Positions 49,201 through 62,100 of a stretch of 64,000 bases of DNA are shown here, piece by piece (position 1 is the stretch's first letter; each line of letters starts with the position of its first letter). The position numbers were made by a program, and so were the translations under genes. A model generated the notes under the pieces. That model had not been told where the DNA came from, searched no databases, and saw only the letters and a list, made by a program, of their open reading frames with translations. This stretch comes from Bilabrum cf. latius. Its lineage: Eukaryota. Location: assembly GCA_965178125.1 (NCBI GenBank), contig OZ237737.1:930001-994000 (forward strand). The letters are read 5' to 3'.

Positions 49201-52200
49201 TGATCGACACTTTGCTCGTGGCTGCCATGGGCCCTCCGGTTGGAGGGCGCAACCCAATCTCGCCGAGGATAAAGCGACACTTCAACGCCTTCTGCTTCAC
49301 AGAGATCCCCACCAACACGCTCAAGCGTATCTTTAGCACCATCATCGACTGGTTCGCAGATGGCAACGATTTTAAGGATGCCGTCAGTCGCGTTGCAAAG
49401 CAGAGCGTTGTGAGCGCCACGCTGGACGTCTACTCCCAGGCACAGGAGTCGCTGCGTCCTACACCGGCGAAGTCGCACTACACTTTCAACCTGCGTGACT
49501 TTAGCAGGGTGGTGCAGGGCGTGCTGCTCGTGAAACCGGCCGATGTAGAGACGCCGCAGGCGTTCGCGAGGCTCTGGAGCCACGAGGTGATGCGCGTCTT
49601 CTACGATCGCCTCACCGACGAGAAGGATCGTGGCTGGCTCATCGACGAGCTTGGCTCTGCCCTCAAGAAGCACTTCAACGAAGACTGGAAGGAACTTTTC
49701 TCTGACCTACCTGAGCTCAAGTGGCGTGTGATTCAACGGGCCTCAAAGCCCAAGAAGTCGGAGGATGATGATGGCAAAAAAGAGCAGGGCGGTGGGGATG
49801 CTGCGGCAGGAGCAGCCAGCAAGGCAGCGTCAGAGGAGGACGAGAGCCCTCCAGAAGGTCTTGAAATGGGCCATGATGAAATGCGGCTCCTGTTCTGGGG
49901 CGACTTCCTTACTCCCGGTGCTACCAAGCGGAATTACCGTCAAGTGGGTAGTGCCGACGAGCTCATCGGTGCCGTAGAGGTATCACTGGAGGATTACAAC
50001 TCGCAGTCCAAGAATCCCATGGATCTTGTGCCGTTCCTTTTCTTCTTGGAGCACGTTAGTCGCATTGCCAGGGTGCTCAAGATGCCGGGCGGGCACTGCC
50101 TGCTTGTTGGCGTGGGTGGGTCTGGCAGACAATGCGCAACCCGCCTGGCCACGTTCATGGCAGGGTACAAACTCTTGACGATCGAGCTGTCCAAGTCGTA
50201 CGGCAACGAAGAATGGGCCGACGACATGAAGCGCATCATGAAGGAGTCGGGCACTGGGCCAAGTCCGTGCGTTCTGCTGTTCAACGACACTCAGATCAAG
50301 TGGTAGGGCATGGTGGAAGACATCAACAACGTCCTGAATAGCGGTGAGGTGCCCAACTTGTTTGCTGCTGACGAGCGAGCCGAGATCTACGAGGCAGTGC
50401 AGCCGCTCGCCAGGGCGGCTGGTCGAGGGAAGGACCTGCCCCCCGCAGAGCTCTGGGCGTACTTCATTGAGAGGGTCAAGGCAAACCTGCACATCGTGCT
50501 GGCCATGAGTCCCATTGGCGAGGCATTCAGGGACAGGCTGAGGAAGTTCCCGTCGCTGGTGAACTGCTGCACAATCGACTGGTTCACGTCGTGGCCTGCT
50601 GATGCTCTCGAGGCAGTGGCTGCGAAGCAGCTGTCGACCATTGGCACTGTTGATGAGGAACTGTCGCCAAGGCTGGCTCGCGTGTGCCAGCACTTCCACG
50701 AGTCGGCACGCATGCTGTCACAGAGGTATGCCGACGAGATGCGCCGATTCAATTACGTAACGCCCACTAGCTACTTGGAGTTACTGTCTCAGTTCAAGCG
50801 GTCCCTCACAGAGCAGCAGGAAGACCTCTACAGCGCCCGGCAGAGGTACGTTGTAGGCCTGCAGAAGCTCGAAGATGCGTCGCAGAGCGTGCAAAAGCTT
50901 CAACAGAAGCTGACAGACATGCAGCCTAAGCTGGTTAAGTCCCAAGAGGAGACAGCAGCCTTGATGAAAGAGATTGAGGAGAAGCTGCCCGGTGTGGAAG
51001 AAATGAGGGGCAAGGTCAAGGCGGAGGCGGACATTGCCAACCAAGAGGCTGAGGCGGTCAACAAGGTTAAGAAGGAGTGCGAGGACGACCTCGCTGAAGC
51101 CATGCCTGCTCTCAACTCCGCACTGGCTGCCCTGGATACCATCAAGGAGTCGGACATCAAGTTCATCCGGTCGCTCGGTTCCCCGCCAAAGGTGATCAAG
51201 ACCGTTATGGCAGCTGTGCTTGTCATGCTGGGTGAGAAGCCCGACAAGATCAAGGACCCGGACAACCCCAGCAAGAAGATCGAGGACTACTGGGGGCCTG
51301 CCAAGAAGGTGCTTGGCGAGGTCAAGGTTCTGCTCGAGAACCTCAAAGGATACGACCGGGACAATATTGATCCCAAGCGAATCGCGAAGGTGAGGAAGGA
51401 GTTCACCTCTGACGAGGAGTTCACGGTGGAGCGAGCCAAGCAGGCTTCGTCGGCTGCAGCAGGCATGTGCGCGTGGGTGAAAGCTATGGACGTGTATGAG
51501 CGTGTAGCCAAGGTCGTTGCACCCAAGAAGGCGGCTCTCAAAGAGGCCGAAACGGAGCTAGAGGGCAAGATGGCACAGCTGCGGGAGAAGGAGGGCGTCC
51601 TCAAGAAGGTCGAGGACGACCTGGGTGACCTGCAATCCAAGCTTGCCGCTGCGCAGGCCAAGCTCAAGCAGCTAGAGGAAGATAAGGAGGACTGTGCCAA
51701 CCAACTAATTCGAGCAGAGCAGCTGATTGGTGGACTGGGTGGCGAGAAGGCTCGCTGGACCACTCGCGCCGCTGATCTGAAGGCCCGGTACGATGCTCTC
51801 ACAGGTGACGTCCTCCTCGGAGCTGGCATGATCAGCTACCTCGGTGCTTTCACCAGCGAGTTCCGCGACGAGTGCGTACAGGACTGGATCGCGTCTTGCA
51901 TCGAAGAGAAGGTACCGTCTGCCGCCCTTGCGCAAGCACAGGCAGGCGACGGGAGTGCTGGTCGGGCAGCTGCGGCCAGCGGTGCCGGCGCAGATGAACC
52001 CGAAGGTGGAGGTGCAGCTGCTGCTGCGTCAGGCGTCAAATACTCTCTGGCAGCCACACTCGGCGATGCAATCAAGATCAGGCAATGGCGCATTGATGGC
52101 CTTCCGACGGATTCTTTCAGCACCGATAATGGCGTGATTGTTGACAATGCAAGGCGTTGGCCGCTGATGATCGACCCTCAGGGTTAGGCCAACAAGTGGA

Positions 52201-55200
52201 TCAAGAACATGCAGAAGGATGCCAACTTGGCCGTGCTGAAGCAGACCGATCCCAACTTCCTTCGATCGATGGAGAACGCGGTCCAGTTCGGGCAGCCAGT
52301 GCTCCTAGAGAACGTCGGCGAGGAGCTGGACCCGTCGCTCGAGCCGATCCTGCTCAAGAACCTTTTCAAGCAGGGCGCTGCATGGTGCCTGCGAATCGGA
52401 GACTCGACCGTGGAGTACGACGATAAGTTCAAGCTGTACATCACCACGAAGCTGCGAAACCCGCACTATCTTCCAGAGGTCAGCACGAAGGTCACCCTCC
52501 TCAACTTCATGATCACGCCTGCCGGCCTGCAGGACCAGCTGCTCGGAGTGGTTGTTGCTGAAGAGCGGCCCGATCTTGAGCAAGCCAAGTCTAAGCTGCT
52601 GCTGCAAAGCGCGGAGAACCAACGCGTGCTGGCAGAGCTGGAGGATAAGATCCTCCACGTGCTCAGCTCCAGCAAGGGCAACATCCTCACGGATGAGACG
52701 GCGGTGAAGGTGTTGAACGAGAGCAAGGCTTTGTCCAATGAGATCACGGAGAAGCAGAAGGCCGCCGAAGCCACGGAGAAAGAGATCGACGAGACCCGGG
52801 CGGGATACACCCCCGTGGCGGCTCACGCGTCCCGGCTATTCTTTGTGACCGCAGATATGGGCAACATCGATCCCATGTACCAATACTCGATGGGGTGGTT
52901 CCGAGGACTCTTTGTGGGTAGCATCCGCAACAGCAAGAAGAGCGACAACTTGAAGGCTCGCATTGCCTCCTTGAACGACCATTTCACGTACTCTCTGTTC
53001 AAGAACGTGTGCAGGTCACTCTTTGAGAAGGACAAGCTGCTCTTCTCCTTCCTGCTGTGCATCAAGATCATGATGGGACGCGGTGAGGTGGACGGTGGGG
53101 AATGGCTGTTCCTTCTTACAGGCGGTGTTGCCATGGACAACCCACACACGAATCCAGCGAGTGAGTGGCTAAGTGAGAAGAGCTGGGGCGAAATTTGCCG
53201 CCTTTCTGGGCTCCCGGCCTTTAAGGGGCTGCGGGAGGATGTCGAGGGTAACATCGGCGGCTGGAAGCGGCTGTATGATGACAAGGCGCCTCACCGGGCG
53301 GATCTTCCCGGTGAATTCGGGCAACTTGGCAGGCTGACTAGGATGCAGCGCCTACTCGTGCTGCGCTGCTTCAGATCGGACAAGATCATGCTGGGCGTGT
53401 AGGACTTTGTGGGTGCGCAGCTCGGCGAGCAGTACCTAAAGCCCCCTCCCTTCGATCTTAAGGGCTGCCACGAGGACTCCGCCCCAGGGCAGCCGCTTGT
53501 GTTCGTGCTCAGCCCGGGATCCGACCCCATGGCGGCACTCATGTCGTTCGCCGATTCGATCAAGGCAAATGTGCAGCAGATTTCGCTCGGACAGGGGCAG
53601 GGCAAGTTTGCCGAGGAGATGATCGCAGAGGGCCGCAAGACCGGCTCGTGGGTCGTCTTGCAGAACTGCCACCTCGCTACAAGCTGGATGGCATCACTGG
53701 AGCGAATCTGCGAGCAGCTTGAAAACGCGGCAGCCGGCAAAGGTGATGGTGATGGTGAGGACGGGGACGAGGAGCCCCTGCACCGGAACTTCCGGCTGTG
53801 GCTTACGTCGTACCCGACCAAGGACTTCCCGGTGAGCGTGCTGCAGAACGGCATCAAGATGACGAACGAGCCTCCCAAGGGCCTGCGCAATAATCTGGAG
53901 CGGTCCTACTTGTCGGACCCTATTGTGGATCCCAAGTTTTTCACGGGCGTGTCCAACAGAGAGAGGTTCCGCCGCATGCTGTTCGGACTGTGCTTCTTCC
54001 ACGCGATGGTGCAGGAGCGCAGGCAGTTCGGGCCGCTGGGATGGAACATACCGTACGAATTCAACGAATCAGACCTCAGGATCAGCGTGCGCCAGCTGGC
54101 CATCTTTGCCGACGACAAGAATTACTCGGCAGACCCCGCGGACGAGAGCGTCGCGATCGAAGATGCTCTTCCGTACGACACGCTGAGGTACCTCACCGGA
54201 GAATGCAACTACGGCGGGAGGGTGACGGACGACAAGGACCGCAGGTGCCTGCTGTCCATCCTGCGCATGTTCTACTGCGGCGACATCCACGAGCCTGACA
54301 AGAGCTTGTCGCCGTCAGGGAACTGGAAGACTCCGCCAGATGACGTGCGGGAGCACGCAGACTACCTCAAGTTCATCCAGGGCTTGCCAGTCGTATCGGC
54401 TCCGGAGGTGTTTGGACTGCATTCCAATGCCACGATCACCAAGGACTTGAACGAGACCAGCAGCCTGTTCACGTCTATTCTGCTGACCGAGCGAGGCGGC
54501 GGCGGTGGTGGATCTAAGGGCAGTGGCAAGAGCAAGGAGGACACCATCGGTGATGTGGCCTCTGATGTTTTGTCGAAGATTCGTGACATTTATGACCTGG
54601 AGGCGATCGGTGGCTAGTACCCGACCGATCCGAAGCAGTCCATGAACACTGTGCTGGTGCAAGAGCTGGCGAGGTTCAACGTGCTGATCAAGGTCGTGAA
54701 GGATTCCTTGCGCGACGTGGTCAAGGCCCTGCAGGGACTCGTTGTTATGAGCACTGCCCTGGAGCAGGTGGCTGACGATCTCTTCTTCGGCAGGGTGCCG
54801 TCCATGTGGCTCGACAGGTCGTACCCATCGCTGAAGCCGCTCGGCTCCTACGTTGGCGATCTGGTGCAGAGGCTGGAATTCTTCGACAACTGGGTAAAGC
54901 ATGGCGTGCCAGTGCATTACTGGATGCCTGGGTTCTTCTTTACCCAGGGCTTCCTGACTGGGGCCCTGCAGAACTACGCCCGCAAGTACACCGTGCCGAT
55001 CGACCAGGTAACATTCGAAGTCGAATGCACCCGGTTACGTGAGAGCGACATCAAGGAGGCCCCTGAGGACGGCATCTATGTGTGGGGTCTCTACTTCGAT
55101 GGCTGCAGGTGGGACAGCACTGCGATGCGACTCGCCGAGTCCGAGCCTAAGTAGCTCTTCGCTCCGGCACCTGTCATGTGGCTCAAGCCTACGAAGGTGG

Positions 55201-55382
55201 ACGAGATGCGGAAGTTCAACAGCTACAATGCGCCTGTATACAAGACAACTGAGCGGCGGGGCATGCTAAGTACGACTGGGCACTCGACGAACTTCGTGAT
55301 GATGATGAAGCTTGCCTGCGCGGAGTCTCCTGACCATTGGATCCGGAGGGGCGTTGCACTGTTGCTTGCCTTAGATGATTGA
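40284..55382 (+). CDS. Axonemal dynein heavy chain, inner-arm type (DNAH3/DNAH7/DNAH12-like group), ~5032 aa, apparently intronless, at least 23 in-frame TAG
   Basis: All ORF pieces from 40284 to the TGA at 55380-55382 are in one frame. AAA motifs [81 protein letters not shown] and WPLMIDPQG; stalk coiled coil; C-terminus GHSTNFV...[15 protein letters not shown]. TAGs at 41499, 41820, 43131, 43782, 44250, 44304, 44310, 44319, 44703, 44886, 45567, 45720, 47214, 47448, 47838, 48297, 48993, 48999, 50304, 52185, 53400, 54615 and 55152. Confidence 0.96.
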
Positions 55383-56133
55383 AATAATTATGTTCTCTGC
55401 AATTTCCCGCGTGTCTTTTGCGACGTACCCAACACATAGGGTTGTCCGTGCAGTCGCGGCCAAGCTCGCCAAACGTGTCTGCTGACCGATGGTTTGCCCT
55501 CCCAAACGCTTTGAATAGAATGTGAAATCTCAGTGAGGATTATGTTATGCTGAAGGCTGCTGGGCTGGACAGCACTCACGATTCGTGACGACGACAACAC
55601 GACGACTCGACGACGAGTCACGAATCAACAAAATCAAACGCTACCTCACTGAGGGTAGCTGAATTATACGCATTTTTTTGGCCCGCGAGCAGAGCGCGGA
55701 CACTTTGACAACAACTAGAAGCCCACTCAAATAAAGTTAGCAGGTAAGATAACAATAGTATGAATCCTATTTCATGATTGGGCGGCGCTTCAGAATTGAT
55801 TTTTGCTGCATTCGAAGGCCACCTGATCTTTGCGCGAGCTTATCTGTAGTTGGCTGGGCGACATCAATTCCTCCCGCTCGGGTTCGCACCAATGCTTCGT
55901 GTGTTATCTACAAAGATGTCCAAAGTTTGCCAAGGATGTAGGGGTTGTGTGCTCCTGTTTGGTGTGGCAGACGGGGAGGGCTGGCGGCAAATGGTTCTGC
56001 CGAGCTTCGCCTGCCCGACACCAGCACTTACAACTTTGAAAGGATGCCCACAAAAGCCTATGTACCTCTGCTCGCCGCAGTTGGGTGAACTGCAGCAGAA
56101 ATCAGACGGTCGTACTAGCGCGCACATACAAGT

Positions 56134-59100
56134 ATGAAGGCAATATGCTGTGAGTCTAGTCCTGTCATCAACATTGGAACATGTTCATGGAAGAAGATAA
56201 TAGCCCCTTGGTGGCATCATTCGTATCGAATTTTCTAAATCCAAATTGCAGCTTACATGCTCTTAGCCACGGCCTGCCTGGTCATGACACCATTCGCAAT
56301 GGCAAACGGATGCGAGAGCAAGCCGTGCCTGAACGGTGGCACGTGCAGGCCCGACGGCGACACCGGCTTCACATGCACGTGCGCTGCCGGACACACCGGC
56401 GACACATGTGACGAGACCGACTCATCCGGTGGCGGCAGCTCCACCCAGACCGGATGCGAGAGCAAGCCGTGCCTGAACGGCGGCACGTGCAGGCCCGACG
56501 GCGACACCGGCTTCACATGCACGTGCGCTGCCGGATACACCGGCGACACATGTGACGAGACCGACTCATCCGGTGGCGGCGGCTCCACCCAGACCGGATG
56601 CGAGAGCAAGCCGTGCCTGAACGGCGGCACGTGCAGGCCCGACGGCGACACCGGCTTCACATGCACGTGCGCTGCCGGATACACCGGCGACATATGTGAC
56701 GAGACCGACTCATCCGGTGGCGGCGGCTCCACCCAGACCGGATGCGAGAGCAAGCCGTGCCTGAACGGCGGCACGTGCAGGCCCGACGGCGACACCGGCT
56801 TCACATGCACGTGCGCTGCCGGATACACCGGCGACACATGTGACGAGACCGACTCATCCGGTGGCGGCGGCTCCACCCAGACCGGATGCGAGAGCAAGCC
56901 GTGCCTGAACGGCGGCACGTGCAGGCCCGACGGCGACACCGGCTTCACATGCACGTGCGCTGCCGGATACACCGGCGACACATGTGACGAGACCGACTCA
57001 TCCGGTGGCGGCGGCTCCACCCAGACCGGATGCGAGAGCAAGCCGTGCCTGAACGGCGGCACGTGCAGGCCCGACGGCGACACCGGCTTCACATGCACGT
57101 GCGCTGCCGGATACACCGGCGACATATGTGACGAGACCGACTCATCCGGTGGCGGCGGCTCCACCCAGACCGGATGCGAGAGCAAGCCGTGCCTGAACGG
57201 CGGCACGTGCAGGCCCGACGGCGACACCGGCTTCACATGCACGTGCGCTGCCGGATACACCGGCGACACATGTGACGAGACCGACTCATCCGGTGGCGGC
57301 GGCTCCACCCAGACCGGATGCGAGAGCAAGCCGTGCCTGAACGGCGGCACGTGCAGGCCCGACGGCGACACCGGCTTCACATGCACGTGCGCTGCCGGAT
57401 ACACCGGCGACACATGTGACGAGACCGACTCATCCGGTGGCGGCGGCTCCACCCAGACCGGATGCGAGAGCAAGCCGTGCCTGAACGGTGGCACGTGCAG
57501 GCCCGACGGCGACACCGGCTTCACATGCACGTGCGCTGCCGGATACACCGGCGACACATGTGACGAGACCGACTCATCCGGTGGCGGCGGCTCCACCCAG
57601 ACCGGATGCGAGAGCAAGCCGTGCCTGAACGGCGGCACGTGCAGGCCCGACGGCGACACCGGCTTCACATGCACGTGCGCTGCCGGATACACCGGCGACA
57701 CATGTGACGAGACCGACTCATCCGGTGACGGCGGCTCCACCCAGACCGGATGCGAGAGCAAGCCGTGCCTGAACGGCGGCACGTGCAGGCCCGACGGCGA
57801 CACCGGCTTCACATGCACGTGCGCTGCCGGATACACCGGCGACACATGTGACGAGACCGACTCATCCGGTGGCGGCGGCTCCACCCAGACCGGATGCGAG
57901 AGCAAGCCGTGCCTGAACGGCGGCACGTGCAGGCCCGACGGCGACACCGGCTTCACATGCACGTGCGCTGCCGGATACACCGGCGACACATGTGACGAGA
58001 CCGACTCATCCGGTGGCGGCGGCTCCACCCAGACCGGATGCGAGAGCAAGCCGTGCCTGAACGGCGGCACGTGCAGGCCCGACGGCGACACCGGCTTCAG
58101 TCCCGACGGCAACACCGGCTTCACATGCGTGTGCGCTGCCGGATACACCGGCGACACGTGTGAAGAGCATAGCCAAGATGGTGGCCAACCAAGGGACTGC
58201 ACCGAACTTGATTGCTTGAATGGTCGCTGTGTCCGCAGCATCCAGACGCCCGGAACGGTATAGTGCCAGTGCAATGCAGGCTGGGGAATCGATGAGAAAG
58301 GTTCTTGCACCGTTGAGGCCAAGGCGCCATGCAGCCCCAATCCATGCAAGAACAGAGGCACGTGCACCTCGCAAGATGACAAGTTTGCGTGCGACTGCAT
58401 GGATGGCTACTCTGGTGAGACGTGTGCCGTCGTGGATGACAGGACTCCCTGCGCGCCCATTGACTGCAAGGAGGGGATTTGCATGCTGAACGATGACAAT
58501 AAACCGCAGTGCATCTGCTCGACTGGGTGGCTGCAGGCTACGGACGAGTTGATTGCGCCTTGCAACGAGCCGCGAGGCAATAACAATGGCTCCGGTGGTG
58601 ATGGCGATGATGCCAAGCCAACGTGCAATGATGGCACAATGAACGGTCGCGAATCTGGAATCGACTGCGGGTACGCCATGTCAGATGACACGAATTCTTG
58701 CGAACTCTGCACTGAGGGGCTCGGTTGCTTCTCAAGCAAGAACTGTGCCGAGGGTCTCGTGTGCGAAGCAGACCGCCATGTGTGCGTGCCCAAAGAGCAA
58801 GAAGCTGGCACGTATGTGACTGTCTAGGGCCTTGAGATTCAAGGTCTGACCATTGCAATGTTCAACCGTATCAAGGACACTTTCGTCGCAGCCACTACGG
58901 AGGCCACGGGGGCTGCTAGTCTAGTTGTCACCGAAGTGGCTTTGGAAATGCCTGCCAAGTTGCCTTGCAACGGGTCAGATGTATAGGGCACATCTGGAAC
59001 TGCTTCCGATACCGCTACCAGTGGAACATCCTCAAGCTCAGGCACCAGAGATGCACGGCGCCGAGTGCAGGACAGGCCAGAAAGGCCCGGAGACTCCACC

Positions 59101-62100
59101 GATCCTGCCGATGGCCCTGGTGACAACAAAGGAGGAGACTCCACCGATCCTGCCGATGGCCCTGGTGACAACAAGGGAGGAGACTCCACCGATCCTGCCG
59201 ATGGCCCTGGTGACAACAAAGGAGGAGACTCCACCGATCCTGCCGATGGCCCTGGTGACAACAAAGGAGGAGACTCCACCGATCCTGCCGATGGCCCTGG
59301 TGACAACACAGGAGGAGACTCCACCGATCCTGCCGATGGCCCTGGTGACAACACAGGAGGAGACTCCACCGATCCTGCTGATGGCCCTGGTGGCGACAAG
59401 GGAGGAGACTCCACCGATCCTGCCGATGGCCCTGGTGACGACAAGGGAGGAGACTCCACCGATCCTGCCGATGGCCCTGGTGACAACAAAGGAGGAGACT
59501 CCACCGATCCTGCCGATGGCCCTGGTGACAACAAAGGAGGAGACTCCACCGATCCTGCCGATGGCCCTGGTGACAACAAGGGAGGAGACTCCACCGATCC
59601 TGCCGATGGCCCTGGTGACGACAAGGGAGGAGACTCCACCGATCCTGCCGATGGCCCTGGTGACAACACAGGAGGAGACTCCACCGATCCTGCCGATGGC
59701 CCTGGTGACAACAAAGGAGGAGACTCCACCGATCCTGCTGATGGCCCTGGTGACGACAAGGGAGGAGACTCCACCGATCCTGCCGATGGCCCTGGTGACG
59801 ACAAAGGAGGAGACTCCACCGATCCTGCTGATGGCCCTGGTGACGACAAGGGAGGAGACTCCACCGATCCTGCTGATGGCCCTGGTGACGACAAGGGAGG
59901 AGACTCCACCGATCCTGCCGATGGCCCTGGTGACAACAAAGGAGGAGACTCGACGGATAGTGAACCAGCAACGAAGCTGTACCTCAGTATCAGGCTGGAG
60001 TTCAGCATGGCCGAGAACCCACGCAAGATCCAAGAAATTGTGGCTTCGTACGTGCGGGGAGCGCCAATCCAGGGTGGCAACGGACTGTACGACGATATCA
60101 TCGCTGCATTCCCTGCTTTTGCTCGTTTCCTGCATGTTGACTCAAGGAGAGCGTGCATTCAGCACATGCAGCTCGATACATCGCAGACGGCAGCCGAAGC
60201 TGTCTCCGTCTGCCAACTTGCTCGGTGTGGGCGTGGCCAGTGCCTGCCAGATTCAAGGAACAGGCAGGGGTTCGTGTGCGCTTGCGATGATGGCTGGGGC
60301 ACGGACATGCGCGGCACCTGCTCCATAGACATGGGCAAGTGCTCCACAAGCCCTTGCAAGAACGGGCGGTGCGCTCTGGATGCTTCCTCAGCATCTGGTT
60401 TCAAGTGCACCTGCAAGGAAGGCTGGACCAAGGACAAGAGCGGTGCCTGCACTGTGCCTGTTCGTGTCAGCCCGTGCCGGTCGCAGCCGTGCGGCATGGG
60501 CAGCTGCGTGGACAATGAGACGTCAGCAGCTGGATTCCAGTGCGAGTGCATGCGAGGCTGGGGGCAGGACAAGGCTGGAATATGCAAGATCGAAGAAGAC
60601 TACTGTGCCACTGAGCCATGCGGGTTCGGCAACTGCAAGTTGGACCGGAAGAACAGCAAAGGCTTCACCTGCTCGTGCGAGGAGGGCTATCGACTGGACG
60701 CGGACGGGTCATGCACCATTAAGGTTTCAATGGAGCAGCCGTCCAAGTGCGACGCAAACCCCAGGCTGTGCAAGGCTGGCTTCTGCGAGGACACGCCAGA
60801 CGCTCCGAACGGATTCACGTGTTCGTGCTTCGATGGATACGGCACAGATGAGGACGGAATCTGCAGCATCAAGGACTACTGCTTCGGTGATCCGTGCATG
60901 AACGGGGAGTGCATTGCATCGAGGGGCGCCAAGCGGGGATTCAAGTGCAGCTGCAAGGAAGGATACACTCTGGACCGTGTCGGTGTGTGCAGTGTAGAGG
61001 TCAAGGACTACTGCGAGGCCGAGCCTTGCGGGTAGCACGGCACGTGCAAGTCATTCCAATCTGACGGTGGAGGCTACGTGTGCTTCTGCCAAGACAACTG
61101 GCTGAAGGACTACCTGGGAAGCTGTACGGTACCCAAGCCGGAGCGTCCGTGCGAGACAGCCACGTGCGGCAACGGTCAGTGCATCGAGGACGAGCGAGCT
61201 CGGAAGGGCTACTACTGCAAGTGCGAGAAGGGCTGGGTCAGGAACACCGTGTCGGGCGAGTGCTCAGAGGTGAAAGACGCGTGCTGGCCCAATCCGTGCC
61301 GCAATGGCGGCATGTGCAGCAGCTAGGCAGGGGCCAATAACTTTACCTGCACGTGCCCCTCTGATCGCTACAGCGGTACTCGCTGCCAGAAGGTGTAGGT
61401 CCGCGGCCCTTGCGCGAGCAAGCCATGCGGGCGAGGTGTTTGTAAGGCAACGAGTGACCAGGAGTACCAGTGCTCGTGTGACAGCGGCATCATGAAAGAC
61501 GAGTCTGGCCATTGCACACAAGAGAGGCCAGCAGAGGCCCAGCCCACGTGCGACGATGGCGTCAAGAACGGCAACGAGACTGGAATCGACTGCGGTATCG
61601 ATGATGAGGACAGCTCGTGTGCCCTGTGCACAGAGGGTCTGCAGTGTCGATCCAGCGATAATTGTGCGGGAGAGCTAATTTGCTCGTAGGACTCCCGGAC
61701 TTGCACTGTTGCGGTAAAGCCCGCCGGTGCCTACGTCGAGGTTGATGCTCTCGAGATCAAAGGCGTGTCAGCCAGGCAGTTCATGCAGACGCTCAAGATC
61801 CCCTTTATGGAACAGATGAAGAACCGCACGGGGGCTGCAGAGGTCATCATTGAGAAGGTCTCAGAGGGCGATGAGAACGGCGCTGATGGTGCAGTGCGTC
61901 GGCTGCGCAGCCAGACCCGGGGGCTCTTCGGCTGGGTCAGGCAGCTGCAGGCATCCAACGACGCAGAAATCGCGGTGGACTCAAGCTTGCGCTTCCGCGC
62001 TGACGCAAACACCTTTGAGGCAGAAGAAGCTGTCGCTGGGTACGTCACGGGGGCTCCAGAGTCTGGTGGAAACGGCCTGCTGGAAGACTTGCAGGCAGCT

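Noticed and set aside
40284-55382. TAG as pyrrolysine, Leu or Tyr, or as programmed readthrough
   Set aside because: Conserved columns and paralog swaps point to Gln. The host is eukaryotic with no pyl genes here, and TAG number and clustering are too high for leaky readthrough.
59092-59946. CRISPR-like array
   Set aside because: The units are contiguous 45-bp repeats with no unique spacers, in frame within a eukaryotic protein, and no cas genes are present.
3224-61706. Long antisense or alternate-frame ORFs (e.g. 3224..4723, 3418..4731, 11722..13518, 56253..58400, 58839..60158, 58925..60328, 59038..60135)
   Set aside because: These are shadows of GC3-rich coding sequence and tandem repeats. 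Their translations have no independent domain signal.
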